64,000 bases of DNA, taken from assembly GCA_963836185.1 (NCBI GenBank), contig CAWIIQ010000001.1, forward strand, positions 1,568,001 through 1,632,000, written 5' to 3'. The stretch is from Candidatus Krumholzibacteriia bacterium (lineage in GTDB: Bacteria > Krumholzibacteriota > Krumholzibacteriia > Krumholzibacteriales > Krumholzibacteriaceae). The translations under genes were made by a program, and so were the position numbers. This document shows positions 10,641 to 20,603 of the stretch, one piece after another. Each line of letters starts with the position of its first letter. Within the stretch, counting starts at the first letter, position 1. The notes under the pieces were generated by a model. It was not told where the DNA came from, made no database searches, and was given only the letters and a program-made list of their open reading frames with translations.

Positions 10641-11302
10641 TGCATCAGATAAATGTAGGAGAGGACCTCAGGGAACATAACAGGGCGATCGCGGCCGAAA
10701 ACCGCGAGATGCTCCTTTCCCACGGTATCTTTTCCCTCAACATAATGAGCGCGCCGGGGGCGGGGAAGACATCGCTGCTCGTAAAGTCTATCCCGCTGCT
10801 CAGTGATAAATACAGGATCGGGGTCATCGAGGGCGATCTTCAGACCTCAAGGGACGCAGAAAGAGTGGGAGCGCTTGGTATCGATGTATACCAGATAGAG
10901 ACGGGCGGAGTCTGTCATCTCGATGCTTCGATGGTCCATTCGGCGCTGCACCAGCTCGACCTCGACTCCATCGACCTGCTGCTGATAGAGAATGTCGGCA
11001 ACCTCGTATGCCCTGCCGAATTCGATCTCGGTGTAGACGCCAGGGTGATGCTGCTGAGCATTACGGAGGGGGACGACAAGCCCAAGAAATACCCCCTGAT
11101 GTTCAGCGAATCCCGTCTTCTCATACTCAACAAGATAGACCTCATAGAGATGGTCGATTTTGACCTGGAGAAGGCAAAAACGGAAGCATCGGATATCAAT
11201 CCTGAAATAGATATGATCGAGCTCTCATGCAGGACGGGCGAAGGTATCGAGGCCTGGGCCGCATGGATCGAGAATCTGATCTCTGAAAGCAGGGCCGGCT
11301 GA
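10637..11302 (+). CDS. hypB: Hydrogenase nickel-incorporation GTPase HypB
   Basis: SAPGAGKT, CHLDA, ENVGNLVCPA.FDLG, NKID. Confidence 0.95.
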   Translation: MMHQINVGEDLREHNRAIAAENREMLLSHGIFSLNIMSAPGAGKTSLLVKSIPLLSDKYRIGVIEGDLQTSRDAERVGALGIDVYQIETGGVCHLDASMVHSALHQLDLDSIDLLLIENVGNLVCPAEFDLGVDARVMLLSITEGDDKPKKYPLMFSESRLLILNKIDLIEMVDFDLEKAKTEASDINPEIDMIELSCRTGEGIEAWAAWIENLISESRAG

Positions 11303-11556
11303 TGTGTCTCGCGATCCCGATGGAGATAAAGGAGATCAACGGCAATGAAGCGGTAGCCGAAGCGGGCGGTATACGGAAGAACGTACGGCTCGATCTCATT
11401 GAAGGCGCGGAAATGGGGGATTACATCCTGATACACACAGGATTCGCGATAGAGAAACTCGATCCTGAAGAGGCGAGGGAGACGCTGGAGATCATCAAGC
11501 AGGTCTACCGCGCCGGAATGACGGGAAGCGCGGATCTCCCCGATGAAGATGACTGA
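11302..11556 (+). CDS. hypC: Hydrogenase assembly chaperone HypC
   Basis: MCLAIP start, GDY.LIH.GFA. Confidence 0.95.
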   Translation: MCLAIPMEIKEINGNEAVAEAGGIRKNVRLDLIEGAEMGDYILIHTGFAIEKLDPEEARETLEIIKQVYRAGMTGSADLPDEDD

Positions 11557-12661
11557 CAATGAATCCATATTCGGATCGTTCCACGATCCGGCTGTCGCCG
11601 CCGGACTGACCGGTCAGCTGGCCGGTACGGAGCTCGAGCGGCCTCTTTCCCTGATGCATGTCTGCGGCACACATGAACATTCGATCGCGAAGGCCGGGAT
11701 AAGATCGATGCTTCCTCGAGGCATGAGATTGATAGCCGGACCGGGCTGCCCGGTCTGCGTCTGCCCAGCGGCCGACATAGACCTCGCTATCCAGGCCGCC
11801 AGGCACGAGGATACGGTCGTGACGACATTCGGCGATATGTTCAGGGTGCCGTCCGGCGACACATCACTCGAGTTGATGAAAGCGGACGGGTATGACGTTA
11901 GGGTCGTCTACTCCCCGCTCGACGCTGTAAGTATCGCGGCTGAGAATCCGGGTAAAGAAGTGGTATTCGTCGCTGTCGGCTTCGAGACGACGGCAGGCCC
12001 GATCGCCGCCTCCATAAAGGCTGGCGTTCCGGATAACTTCTCGATTATTCCTTCGATGAGACTTGTCCCGCCGGCACTGGAGTTCCTTCTTGATAGCGGA
12101 AGGAAATCGATCGACGGATTCATACTCCCGGGCCACGTGAGCACAGTCCTGGGGAGGAGAGGGTACTCTATCCTGGAGGAGAAGTACGGCGTTCCCGCTG
12201 TGATCTCCGGTTTTGAGCCTGTAGATATCCTCAGGGGGATTATCGAGCTGACCGGAATGATCCTCGCAGGCCCCCCGTTCACCGTAAGCAACCTGTACAA
12301 AAGGGTAGTTTCGGAAGACGGGAACGTGAAGGCGAGGGAACTGATCGACGAGGTCTTCGAACCCGGCCCGTCGAACTGGAGGGGCATCGGCTCGATCCCC
12401 GGGTCCGGACTCTTCCTGAGAACGCGGTATTCAAGCGTCGACGCCGTCGAGCGCCTCGGCCTTGTACCGTCTCCCGATGCCGAGGACGTAAAGCCGGGCT
12501 GCATCTGCCACGAAGTCATCCTGGGCGAGTCGGAACCGGAGCAGTGCCCGCTCTTCGGGACCGGCTGCACGCCGAGAAAACCGCACGGGCCATGCATGGT
12601 GTCGAGCGAAGGAACCTGCCGCGCGAGATACCAGTACAGGCCGGCGGGAGATATGTATTGA
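11543..12661 (+). CDS. hypD: Hydrogenase formation protein HypD
   Basis: CGTH, GPGCPVC, GFETT, PGHVS, GPCMVSSEGTC motifs. Confidence 0.95.
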   Translation: MKMTDNESIFGSFHDPAVAAGLTGQLAGTELERPLSLMHVCGTHEHSIAKAGIRSMLPRGMRLIAGPGCPVCVCPAADIDLAIQAARHEDTVVTTFGDMFRVPSGDTSLELMKADGYDVRVVYSPLDAVSIAAENPGKEVVFVAVGFETTAGPIAASIKAGVPDNFSIIPSMRLVPPALEFLLDSGRKSIDGFILPGHVSTVLGRRGYSILEEKYGVPAVISGFEPVDILRGIIELTGMILAGPPFTVSNLYKRVVSEDGNVKARELIDEVFEPGPSNWRGIGSIPGSGLFLRTRYSSVDAVERLGLVPSPDAEDVKPGCICHEVILGESEPEQCPLFGTGCTPRKPHGPCMVSSEGTCRARYQYRPAGDMY

Positions 12662-12781
12662 CGCTTCACTGATTTCTGACTTACCGTCTGAGCAGTAACA
12701 ACCTTTGAATAAACCGGGACCGGCCGCTGTATCCATTATAGATGCGGCATGAGGGCCGGATAATCCCCAAGGGGGTACAAG

Positions 12782-13756
12782 ATGAAGGTACAGGTAGGAG
12801 ATCAATCCTACAACGTCGGCGGTCGAAAGATCAGGAACGTCGTATACATAGTTATACTCGTCATCCTGATCGCATCCGGTCTGTATTCGGTCGGGGCCGA
12901 CGAAGTCGGAGTGATCCAGAGATTCGGAAAGTTTGTCCGCAGCACAGAGCCGGGGCTGCACCTCAAGATCCCCCTGGGGATCGAGAGTGTCGTCAAGGTC
13001 AAGGTCAAGAAGGTCTTCAAACAGGAATTCGGATTCCGGACCCTGAAAGCGGACGTGAGGACCCAGTACAGCAGCAAGAAATACCTCGAGGAATCCCTGA
13101 TGCTGACCGGCGACCTGAACGTGGCCGAAGTCGAGTGGATCGTCCAGTACAAGGTAAAGGATCCCTACAATTTCCTCTTCAAGATCAGGGATCCCGAAGA
13201 GACACTCAGGGCGATGTCTGAAGCAGTCGTAAGGAGAGTAGTCGGCGACAGATCAGTCACTGCGGTACTTACACTCGGCAGGATCGAGATCGCCAAGGAG
13301 GTCGAAGTAGGTCTTCAGGAGCTGCTCGACGGATTCGAATCCGGGCTCCAGATCGTCACGGTCAAGCTTCAGGACGTCAATCCTCCCGAGCCGGTAAAAC
13401 CGGCATTCAATGAGGTCAACCGCGCAAAGCAGGACAAGGAAAAGATGATCAACGAGGCATGGGAGGACTACAACAAGAGGATCCCCAAGGCGAAGGGGGA
13501 AGCGGAGCAGATGATCGCTGAGGCCGAGGGTTACGCCGTAAAGAGGGTCAACCGGTCCGAGGGCGACGTCGCGCTGTTCAACCAGGTCTTCAAGGAGTAC
13601 AGAAACGCGCCTGACGTTACGAGGCGCAGGCTTTACCTCGAGACGATGAACGAGATACTTCCGAAGATAAAGGAACTGATCATCGTCGATGAGAACCAGA
13701 AATCAATACTGCCGCATCTCGATGTAGGCAAGGACGTGAAGGGGGGTGGCAAGTGA
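12782..13756 (+). CDS. hflK: FtsH modulator HflK (SPFH)
   Basis: N-terminal TM, LMLTGD.N, VNPPEPVK.AF.EV, AP.VTR.RLYLETM. Confidence 0.92.
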   Translation: MKVQVGDQSYNVGGRKIRNVVYIVILVILIASGLYSVGADEVGVIQRFGKFVRSTEPGLHLKIPLGIESVVKVKVKKVFKQEFGFRTLKADVRTQYSSKKYLEESLMLTGDLNVAEVEWIVQYKVKDPYNFLFKIRDPEETLRAMSEAVVRRVVGDRSVTAVLTLGRIEIAKEVEVGLQELLDGFESGLQIVTVKLQDVNPPEPVKPAFNEVNRAKQDKEKMINEAWEDYNKRIPKAKGEAEQMIAEAEGYAVKRVNRSEGDVALFNQVFKEYRNAPDVTRRRLYLETMNEILPKIKELIIVDENQKSILPHLDVGKDVKGGGK

Positions 13757-14730
13757 TGCTTACAGGAAAGAGAATAGGGACTCTTGTTGTAGCGGTAATA
13801 CTTTTCATCCTGATCAGTAACTCGTTCTACAAGCTGGGTGAGTCGGAGCAGGCCATTATCACACAGTTCGGAAGACCTGTAGGAGGAGCTATCCAAAACG
13901 CGGGGCTTCACTTCAAGATCCCGATGATCCAGGCCTTGCACAGGTTCGAGAAACGTATTCTGAACTGGGATTCATCGGCGGACCAGATTCCGACCGCTGA
14001 CAAGAAGTATATCTGGCTCGATACGACAGCCAGGTGGAGGATCATAGATCCGCTGCGCTTCTATACTTCAGTAGGGAACGTTCGCGGCGCCCAGACGAGA
14101 CTGGACGATATCATCGATTCTGCTTCCAGGGATATCGTTTCGAGCTTTGTCCTCGTGGAAGTCGTCAGGGACTCGAACAGGATACTCGATCAGAGGCTGG
14201 AAATCGCTGAAGCCGACGCGACGGTAAGCGGCGGCGAAGAAGAAGAGATCGAGGCCATAATCGAGAAGGTCGAGATCGGCCGGGAACAGCTGACAAAGAT
14301 GATACTCGAACGTGCTTCCGAGCTTGTCCCCCAGTACGGCATCGAGCTCCTCGATGTCCAGGTCAAGAGGCTGAACTACATCGAGGATGTCCGCAAAAAG
14401 GTCTACGAGCGGATGATCTCCGAGCGCCAGAGGATAGCCTCCAAGTACAGGAGTGAGGGCGAGGGGAAGAAGGCCGAGATCGTCGGAATGAAGGACAAGG
14501 AGCTCAACAGGATCTACTCGGAAGCTTACAGGAGATCTGAGACACTGCGTGGAGAGGCTGACGCCCAGGCCACAAAGATTTATGCACAGGCCTACAATCA
14601 GGATCCGGAGTTCTACTCGTTCCTCAAGACGCTCGATGTATATAAAAACACGGTTGGAGAGAACAACCGTGTCATCCTGACGACAGATACCGAACTTTAC
14701 AGGTATCTCAGAAGTATCGACAGAAGATAG
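13753..14730 (+). CDS. hflC: FtsH modulator HflC (SPFH)
   Basis: TM, T.DKK...D..ARWRI.DP, RM.SER, A.AY..DPEFY.F. Confidence 0.92.
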   Translation: MMLTGKRIGTLVVAVILFILISNSFYKLGESEQAIITQFGRPVGGAIQNAGLHFKIPMIQALHRFEKRILNWDSSADQIPTADKKYIWLDTTARWRIIDPLRFYTSVGNVRGAQTRLDDIIDSASRDIVSSFVLVEVVRDSNRILDQRLEIAEADATVSGGEEEEIEAIIEKVEIGREQLTKMILERASELVPQYGIELLDVQVKRLNYIEDVRKKVYERMISERQRIASKYRSEGEGKKAEIVGMKDKELNRIYSEAYRRSETLRGEADAQATKIYAQAYNQDPEFYSFLKTLDVYKNTVGENNRVILTTDTELYRYLRSIDRR

Positions 14731-14761
14731 GGCGGAAGGGCCCCGAAATCTTCAAAATATC

Positions 14762-14812
14762 GCACGGTGAAGCCTTAACCGTTGGGAAGGGGCTTCACCG
14801 TGTGTTATATTT
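14762..14812 (+). terminator. Putative intrinsic terminator after hflC
   Basis: GCACGGTGAAGCCTT / GGGGCTTCACCGTGT 15-bp stem (with G-U pairs) followed by GTTATATTT. Confidence 0.6.
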
Positions 14813-14859
14813 ACCGGACCCCTGTCGGATGGCCTTTAGTTCAAATGGAGGATCGTTAT

Positions 14860-17826
14860 ATGGGGTTTGACGGCAAACGTGCACTGAAATCATCACTCCT
14901 GATATTAGCGCTGGTCCTTTCGGCCGGCAGCATCTCCGCGTGGAATCACAGCGAACTTGAATGGAAGACGATCGATACCGAGCATTTCGCCGTCCATTTC
15001 CATGACGGTGTCGAGGCCAGCGCTTTTGAAGTCGCCCGGATAGCCGAGGCGATATATGGCCCGATCACGAGAATGTACGAATATGAGCCGGAAAAGGTCC
15101 ACATCCATATAACCGACAAGGCGGGGCTTCCGGAGGGCGCCGCGTACTATTACCTCAACCGGATCGATATCGATACCGACGATATAGATTTTTATCTGAG
15201 GGGAAATGCCAACTGGCTCAGAAACGTGATCTCGCACGAGTTCACGCATATGGTCTCTCTGCAGGCATCGATGAAGATGCCGCGCTGGATGCCGGCCGTC
15301 TACCTGCAGGCATTTAATTTCGAGAAGGAAAAACGCCCGGATGTAATAACCGGATATCCGAATTTCACCGGCTCTTTACCCCTGTCAGGGGAAGCCGTGC
15401 CGAACTGGTTCGCGGAGGGTGTAGCGCAGTACCAGGCTTACGGCGCCAGAAACGATATATGGGATTCCCACAGGGACATGGTCCTTCGCATGGCGATTCT
15501 TGATGACCGGCTTCTTACGCTCGACCAGATGGGAGTCTTCGGTAAAAGTTCGGCGAACGCGGAACTGCTCTATAACCAGGGATACTCTCTCGTGAGATAT
15601 ATCGCCGAGAAATACGGAGAGGACAAGATAGGGATGCTTACCTCTGCCCAGGGCAAGATCTGGCGCGCTGGGTTCGGGGGAGCGAGCAAGGAAGTCCTGG
15701 GGATATCACAGGGAGAGCTCTACAAGTCATGGAAGAACGATATTACCTCCGCTGCGATCGAGAGGGTCGGCAGGATAGAACCTGGAAAGTCAGGTACGAA
15801 AGAGGCAGGAGAAGGCTTCTTCAATTATTACCCTGTACCTGACGGGAAAGGCGGTATCTATTACCTCTCTGATATGGGGAGAGGATTCAGGGATGTGGAC
15901 CTCGTACATCGCGGCCATGACGGCGAAGAAACGGTGCTGGCAGGCGGTCTCAGTTCCGGAGCATGCGTTTCCTCAGATGGAAAGAAGCTGCTCTATTCGA
16001 GGAAATCCGATGACAACAAGTACGGATACGATTTCAACGATGTATACCTCTTCGACATCGAGGCCGGCAGGGAAGAGCGGCTTACAGAAGGACTGAAAGC
16101 TTCCGGACCAGTCCACTCCCCCGATGGCTCTCGAGTAGCATTTGTAATCAGCGGTGATGGATTCAGCAGCATAGGCATGAAGGTTCTTGAAGACGGTAAT
16201 GTCAGGATACTTGCAGGGAATATCCCCTGCAGGAGATATTCCGGCCTTTCATGGTCGGAAGCAGGATTGCTCGCTTCGAGGTTCGATGGCCTCAGCAGGG
16301 ATATCGTCCTCATCGACCCTGAAACGCTCGAGGAGGCTGTGCTTATCGACACGGGTGCTGATGAGCGCGACCCGAGATGGGGGCCTGATGGTGACGGATT
16401 CTTTTACTCGAGCGACAGGACAGGTATCTTCAACGTCTACTACAGGGATCTCGGAGATGGAACGGATCTCATGGTAACCGAAGTGGAAGGCGGCGCATTT
16501 CAAGCGAGCGGAGACGGTAATGACATCCTTTTTGCCGCCTTCGGAAGGGACGGGTACGAGATAAGGCGGCTCGATGACTGGCGCGGATCGGCGTCGGCTC
16601 CGGATGCGTCCGTCTACGAATGGCTTATCGATGAGAGGGCCGCGGTAATAGGCGGGGATAGTGCCGGATTCCCGTCAGATTCTCTTAAAGTGAGCGGTGA
16701 ATATAAAGTTACATATACGATACCGTTCGTCTTTCCGAGAGTTATGGTCTACGACAACAAATTCCGCATCGGGTTCGCGATAGATTCAAGGGATTTCCTC
16801 GACAGGCAGAGCGTCTATGCCGCAGCCGACGCTTCGTTCGACGGGGAGTTCAATCTCCAGATCGGAGCCGAGTTCAGACAGCTCAAACCGACATTCAATT
16901 TCGATCTTCTCAGGATGCGGAAATACTGGGAGATAGATGATTCCTCGCTTGGGGCGGTAAGGTACCGATACGATCTCTGGGACGCTTATTTCACCTGCAA
17001 ACTCGAATTCGAGCAGGAGACTGTTCGCAGGAGAAAAGATGTCTCGATCAGGTACAACCACGGGGAGTACGGGGTCAATATCAATGCATGGGAATCGATC
17101 GGCGTGGAGCTTGGATGGAATTACTACAAGGCTGATGAGATCGCCGGGATGTTCGATTACAGGAATATCAAAAAGACTCTCGAATATAATATCAATCCCC
17201 GGGGTGGAAGAGCATTGCACCTCGAGGCTGCCGCCGTCAGGGCCCAGCTTTCGTCCGGAGATTTCGAGTACTCGTTTAAGCCTCTCTACAACGATAACAA
17301 TTTCATGCGGTACGTAGTAAGGTACGAGGAATACATCGGCCTGCCTTTCTGGGCCCATTCGATGACACTCTTCCTTCGCGGAGGCTGGATAGACAGAGAG
17401 GAGATAGACGATTTCTTCTATCTCTACCTGGGGGGCAGGGATGGCATAAGAGGATACTCTTACTACAGTATCGGAGGGACCAAGAACGCAATGGCCAGGC
17501 TGACGTACAGATTCCCGATCTGGCGCAACATCGACAAGCAGATACCGGGACTTTTCTTCAGGTCGTTGTACGGCGCGATCTTCGCCGATGCTGGAAAAGC
17601 ATGGAACGAGAATACATTCGATGAGGCGATAAACGACCCGAAAACTGGAGCTGGATACGAACTGAGGCTTTCCGGGTTCACATTCTTCAGCTACCCGCTT
17701 GCAGTGACGTTCATGGGCGCGTACGGATTTGATACGATCGAGTTCACAGATCCTTTCGTGCCGGAAATCACTTATACAGAGGGCGAAACCTGGAGATATT
17801 TCGGATCTGTCCTGTTCGCATTCTGA
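14860..17826 (+). CDS. Exported protein: HExxH metallopeptidase-like domain + PD40/TolB-like propeller + C-terminal Omp85/BamA-type barrel
   Basis: GGAGG before ATG 14860; signal peptide; SHEFTH...WFAEG; SPDG/SSDRTG repeats; LGG.DGIRGY, F.D.G.AW and terminal Phe typical of Omp85 barrels. Confidence 0.75.
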   Translation: MGFDGKRALKSSLLILALVLSAGSISAWNHSELEWKTIDTEHFAVHFHDGVEASAFEVARIAEAIYGPITRMYEYEPEKVHIHITDKAGLPEGAAYYYLNRIDIDTDDIDFYLRGNANWLRNVISHEFTHMVSLQASMKMPRWMPAVYLQAFNFEKEKRPDVITGYPNFTGSLPLSGEAVPNWFAEGVAQYQAYGARNDIWDSHRDMVLRMAILDDRLLTLDQMGVFGKSSANAELLYNQGYSLVRYIAEKYGEDKIGMLTSAQGKIWRAGFGGASKEVLGISQGELYKSWKNDITSAAIERVGRIEPGKSGTKEAGEGFFNYYPVPDGKGGIYYLSDMGRGFRDVDLVHRGHDGEETVLAGGLSSGACVSSDGKKLLYSRKSDDNKYGYDFNDVYLFDIEAGREERLTEGLKASGPVHSPDGSRVAFVISGDGFSSIGMKVLEDGNVRILAGNIPCRRYSGLSWSEAGLLASRFDGLSRDIVLIDPETLEEAVLIDTGADERDPRWGPDGDGFFYSSDRTGIFNVYYRDLGDGTDLMVTEVEGGAFQASGDGNDILFAAFGRDGYEIRRLDDWRGSASAPDASVYEWLIDERAAVIGGDSAGFPSDSLKVSGEYKVTYTIPFVFPRVMVYDNKFRIGFAIDSRDFLDRQSVYAAADASFDGEFNLQIGAEFRQLKPTFNFDLLRMRKYWEIDDSSLGAVRYRYDLWDAYFTCKLEFEQETVRRRKDVSIRYNHGEYGVNINAWESIGVELGWNYYKADEIAGMFDYRNIKKTLEYNINPRGGRALHLEAAAVRAQLSSGDFEYSFKPLYNDNNFMRYVVRYEEYIGLPFWAHSMTLFLRGGWIDREEIDDFFYLYLGGRDGIRGYSYYSIGGTKNAMARLTYRFPIWRNIDKQIPGLFFRSLYGAIFADAGKAWNENTFDEAINDPKTGAGYELRLSGFTFFSYPLAVTFMGAYGFDTIEFTDPFVPEITYTEGETWRYFGSVLFAF

Positions 17827-17836
17827 CGGGAATAAG

Positions 17837-19243
17837 ATGAAAGTAATACTGGGTGGATACAATATAGACGCGAAGACTATCAGAGAGCTGGCAGGCGACC
17901 GCTACGGCGAAATGACTCCTGAGATAATCTCCGCGTCGTACGCGAGGATCAGCCGGGACCCGCGGGAAGTCAGCCGTCTCCGCGAAGAGGCCAGGAAGGA
18001 CATCGAAAAGGCCAGAAAATCGAACCAGGCGATCGTCTTCGGCCTCGGTCATTCATCGATAGCAGAGCACGCGGTCTTCAATTTTGACGTAATGGGGATG
18101 TCGAGACTCGCTGTGGAGGCAGTCGAGCATTTCAGGCTCGCTTCCTTCACTGAGAAATCCCAGCGCTATATAAGGCTCGGGCGCGATTTTGTCGTCCCTG
18201 AGGAGATTGCGAAATCAGGCCTCAAACGGGATTTCAATCTTCTTATGAAGAAGCTCGCGGAGTCATACCAGATGATGTATGAATCCATCAGGGCGGCTGG
18301 GGAAGAAGACGAGACAGCCAGGGAGGATGCGAGATACCTGATGCCTCTCTCGACAACTGCACAGTTCGGCATGACGGTGAATGCAAGGGAACTGGAATAT
18401 ATGATCAGCAGGCTCGCCTCTCATCCGCTTGCTGAGCTGAGGGAATTCGCGTCGAAACTGTCTGAATCAGCCGGAGGGATAGCCCCTTCGCTGATCAAGT
18501 ACCCAGATCCCACGGACTATTTCAGGGCTCTGCCTTCAGTCAAGAAAGAGATCCATAAGACGGCGGGGGGGATGGGTTCACCCGTAAAAGGTAGCGGTCC
18601 CGAAGCCGTGCTCGTCGAAGTGACTCCTGAAGCTGGGACAAAGCTCGCCGCCTCGCTTATCTTCGCCTCCACTGACCTCAGCTATGCCGAGTCGAAGCGA
18701 AGGGCACTGAAGATAGGCGTGAAGAAGCGAGCCGAAATGATAGCTTCGACTATGAGGGAAATTAAACCTCACGACAGTGTCTGGCGTGAGTTTGAAAATA
18801 TCCGGCTTCTATTTGAAGTAACCGTCTCTTCGTCGTGCTTTGCTCAGCTGAAGCGCCACAGGATGGCGACGATAATAACGCAGGATTATCTGCCCGCTCT
18901 CGGGATCTCTGTTCCCGACTCTGTAAGGAAAGCGGGCAAGGTCGCCCTTCTCCGGGATGCGGCGTCATCCGCCGCCGCTGTATACAGGAAGATCAGGTCC
19001 AGGGCGCCGAATGCTCAGGAGTACGCTCTTCTGAACGCTCACAGGCGGAGAGTGCTCTTCGATATCAATCTCAGGGAGATGTACCATTTTTCGAGATTGA
19101 GAAGCGATATCCACGCACAGTGGGAGATCAGAAGGCTCTCGGACATGATGTGCTGCCTGGCCCAGGAGGCTATCCCGTCGGGCTCGATCTTACTCTGCGG
19201 TAAGGACTCTTTCGCTCTGCGAAAAAAAGAACTGTTCGGCTGA
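17837..19243 (+). CDS. thyX: FAD-dependent thymidylate synthase with two tandem ThyX domains
   Basis: GHSSIAEH, SFTEKSQRY, EDARYLMP, NAREL in the first half; QLKRHR, NLRE.YH...R...HAQWEIR in the second. Confidence 0.88.
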   Translation: MKVILGGYNIDAKTIRELAGDRYGEMTPEIISASYARISRDPREVSRLREEARKDIEKARKSNQAIVFGLGHSSIAEHAVFNFDVMGMSRLAVEAVEHFRLASFTEKSQRYIRLGRDFVVPEEIAKSGLKRDFNLLMKKLAESYQMMYESIRAAGEEDETAREDARYLMPLSTTAQFGMTVNARELEYMISRLASHPLAELREFASKLSESAGGIAPSLIKYPDPTDYFRALPSVKKEIHKTAGGMGSPVKGSGPEAVLVEVTPEAGTKLAASLIFASTDLSYAESKRRALKIGVKKRAEMIASTMREIKPHDSVWREFENIRLLFEVTVSSSCFAQLKRHRMATIITQDYLPALGISVPDSVRKAGKVALLRDAASSAAAVYRKIRSRAPNAQEYALLNAHRRRVLFDINLREMYHFSRLRSDIHAQWEIRRLSDMMCCLAQEAIPSGSILLCGKDSFALRKKELFG

Positions 19244-19269
19244 TCCGTACCCGATACCTGGAAACTGTC

Positions 19270-19806
19270 ATGCCGGAATTCATCGAAATCGTAAAACTGA
19301 GAAGAAGCGTCAGGCGCTATCTCCCTGATCCCGTTCCCAGGGAAATGATCGAAAAGTGCCTCGAAGCGGCAAGATACGCTCCGACGGCATGCGACACCCA
19401 GTCCTGGCGCTTCATCGTCACGGAAGGTGACCTGAAGGACCGTATCGCGAAAGACTGTCTCGGAGAACTGCCGGTGCCTAACAGGTGGGCAGTCGAGGCG
19501 CCGGTGATAGTGGTGCTGGCATCCGCGAAGGATTTTGTGACGCACAGGATCGGAGCTGGTATCAAGGGAACGAAATACGACCTTATAGACGCTGGTATCG
19601 CGGGGGAGCATTTCGTTCTGCAGGCAGCGGAGCTGGGGCTCGGCACATGCTGGCTCGGATGGTTCAGGAAAAGGAAGATCCGACAGCTTCTCTCCCTGCC
19701 GGCGGGGTGGGAGATAACCGCTCTGATCACTCTTGGATACCCTTCCGGCGACCCTGGAGAAAAGAGCAGGATGCCGCTCGATGAGATCAGGGAGTACAGG
19801 GAATGA
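19270..19806 (+). CDS. Nitroreductase family protein
   Basis: RRSVRRY, AP.A...Q.W.F, A.ELGLGTCW.G. Confidence 0.9.
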   Translation: MPEFIEIVKLRRSVRRYLPDPVPREMIEKCLEAARYAPTACDTQSWRFIVTEGDLKDRIAKDCLGELPVPNRWAVEAPVIVVLASAKDFVTHRIGAGIKGTKYDLIDAGIAGEHFVLQAAELGLGTCWLGWFRKRKIRQLLSLPAGWEITALITLGYPSGDPGEKSRMPLDEIREYRE

Positions 19807-20603
19807 ACGCTCAGAACATTCTCGAGACAGATTCCCTGAACTGTTCGATAGGCGGCAGAAGGATCCTCGATTCGGTATCATTCGATGTCGAGCGTGGAGA
19901 GTTCATTTCTCTCATCGGCCCCAACGGCGCGGGCAAGACGACTCTGCTCAGATGCCTGATGAAGATACTTCCATTCGACGGTGGAACAGCGCGTATCGGA
20001 GGAAAAGAGATACGCTCGATGAGCCAGAAAGAACTCGCCGCATATATAGCTTACGTTCCACAAGCTGATTCGCGTTACCTTCCTTTCACAGTCGAGGAAT
20101 TCGTCATGACAGGAAGGTATCCTCACCTGAGCCCATTTACGGCCTGTTCAGGGGATGACAGGGCGGCAGTCAGGGAGGCAATGGAAAAGACCGGTACCAT
20201 CGACCTGTCAGGGCGCCGTATGTCCGGACTGAGCGGAGGGGAACGGCAGCTTGTGATGATAGCCGCCGCTCTGTCCCAGGGAGCAAAGCTCATGCTTCTC
20301 GATGAACCGGCTGCGTTTCTCGATCCTGGTCACGAAAGCCGTGTCATGAAGCTGCTGCGGGATATAAACCTGATCAACGGGACTACACTGGTGATGGTAA
20401 CGCATGATATCAACAGGGCCGTTCTTACAGCCGGGCGTTCACTGGTCCTCGATCACGGGAGAGTCGAGTATTTCGCCGCCGCATCCGGGCTGACGTCCTC
20501 GGGCGTGCTTGAAAAGGTTTACGGAAGAAGATTCGACTATATGAAACATCCTCATGCGGGGTGTGATATCATTGTTCCGGATGTGACTGCCGATGACCGT
20601 TAG
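19803..20603 (+). CDS. Iron-chelate/cobalamin ABC transporter ATPase (FepC/BtuD-like)
   Basis: GPNGAGKT, GRYPH, LSGGERQ, LLDEP. Confidence 0.88.
   Translation: MNAQNILETDSLNCSIGGRRILDSVSFDVERGEFISLIGPNGAGKTTLLRCLMKILPFDGGTARIGGKEIRSMSQKELAAYIAYVPQADSRYLPFTVEEFVMTGRYPHLSPFTACSGDDRAAVREAMEKTGTIDLSGRRMSGLSGGERQLVMIAAALSQGAKLMLLDEPAAFLDPGHESRVMKLLRDINLINGTTLVMVTHDINRAVLTAGRSLVLDHGRVEYFAAASGLTSSGVLEKVYGRRFDYMKHPHAGCDIIVPDVTADDR

Noticed and set aside
19270-19806. Nitroreductase as BluB because of the adjacent BtuCD-like genes
   Set aside because: Only generic nitroreductase motifs are visible, BluB requires O2 whereas the context is anaerobic, and there are no cob genes or cobalamin riboswitch nearby.
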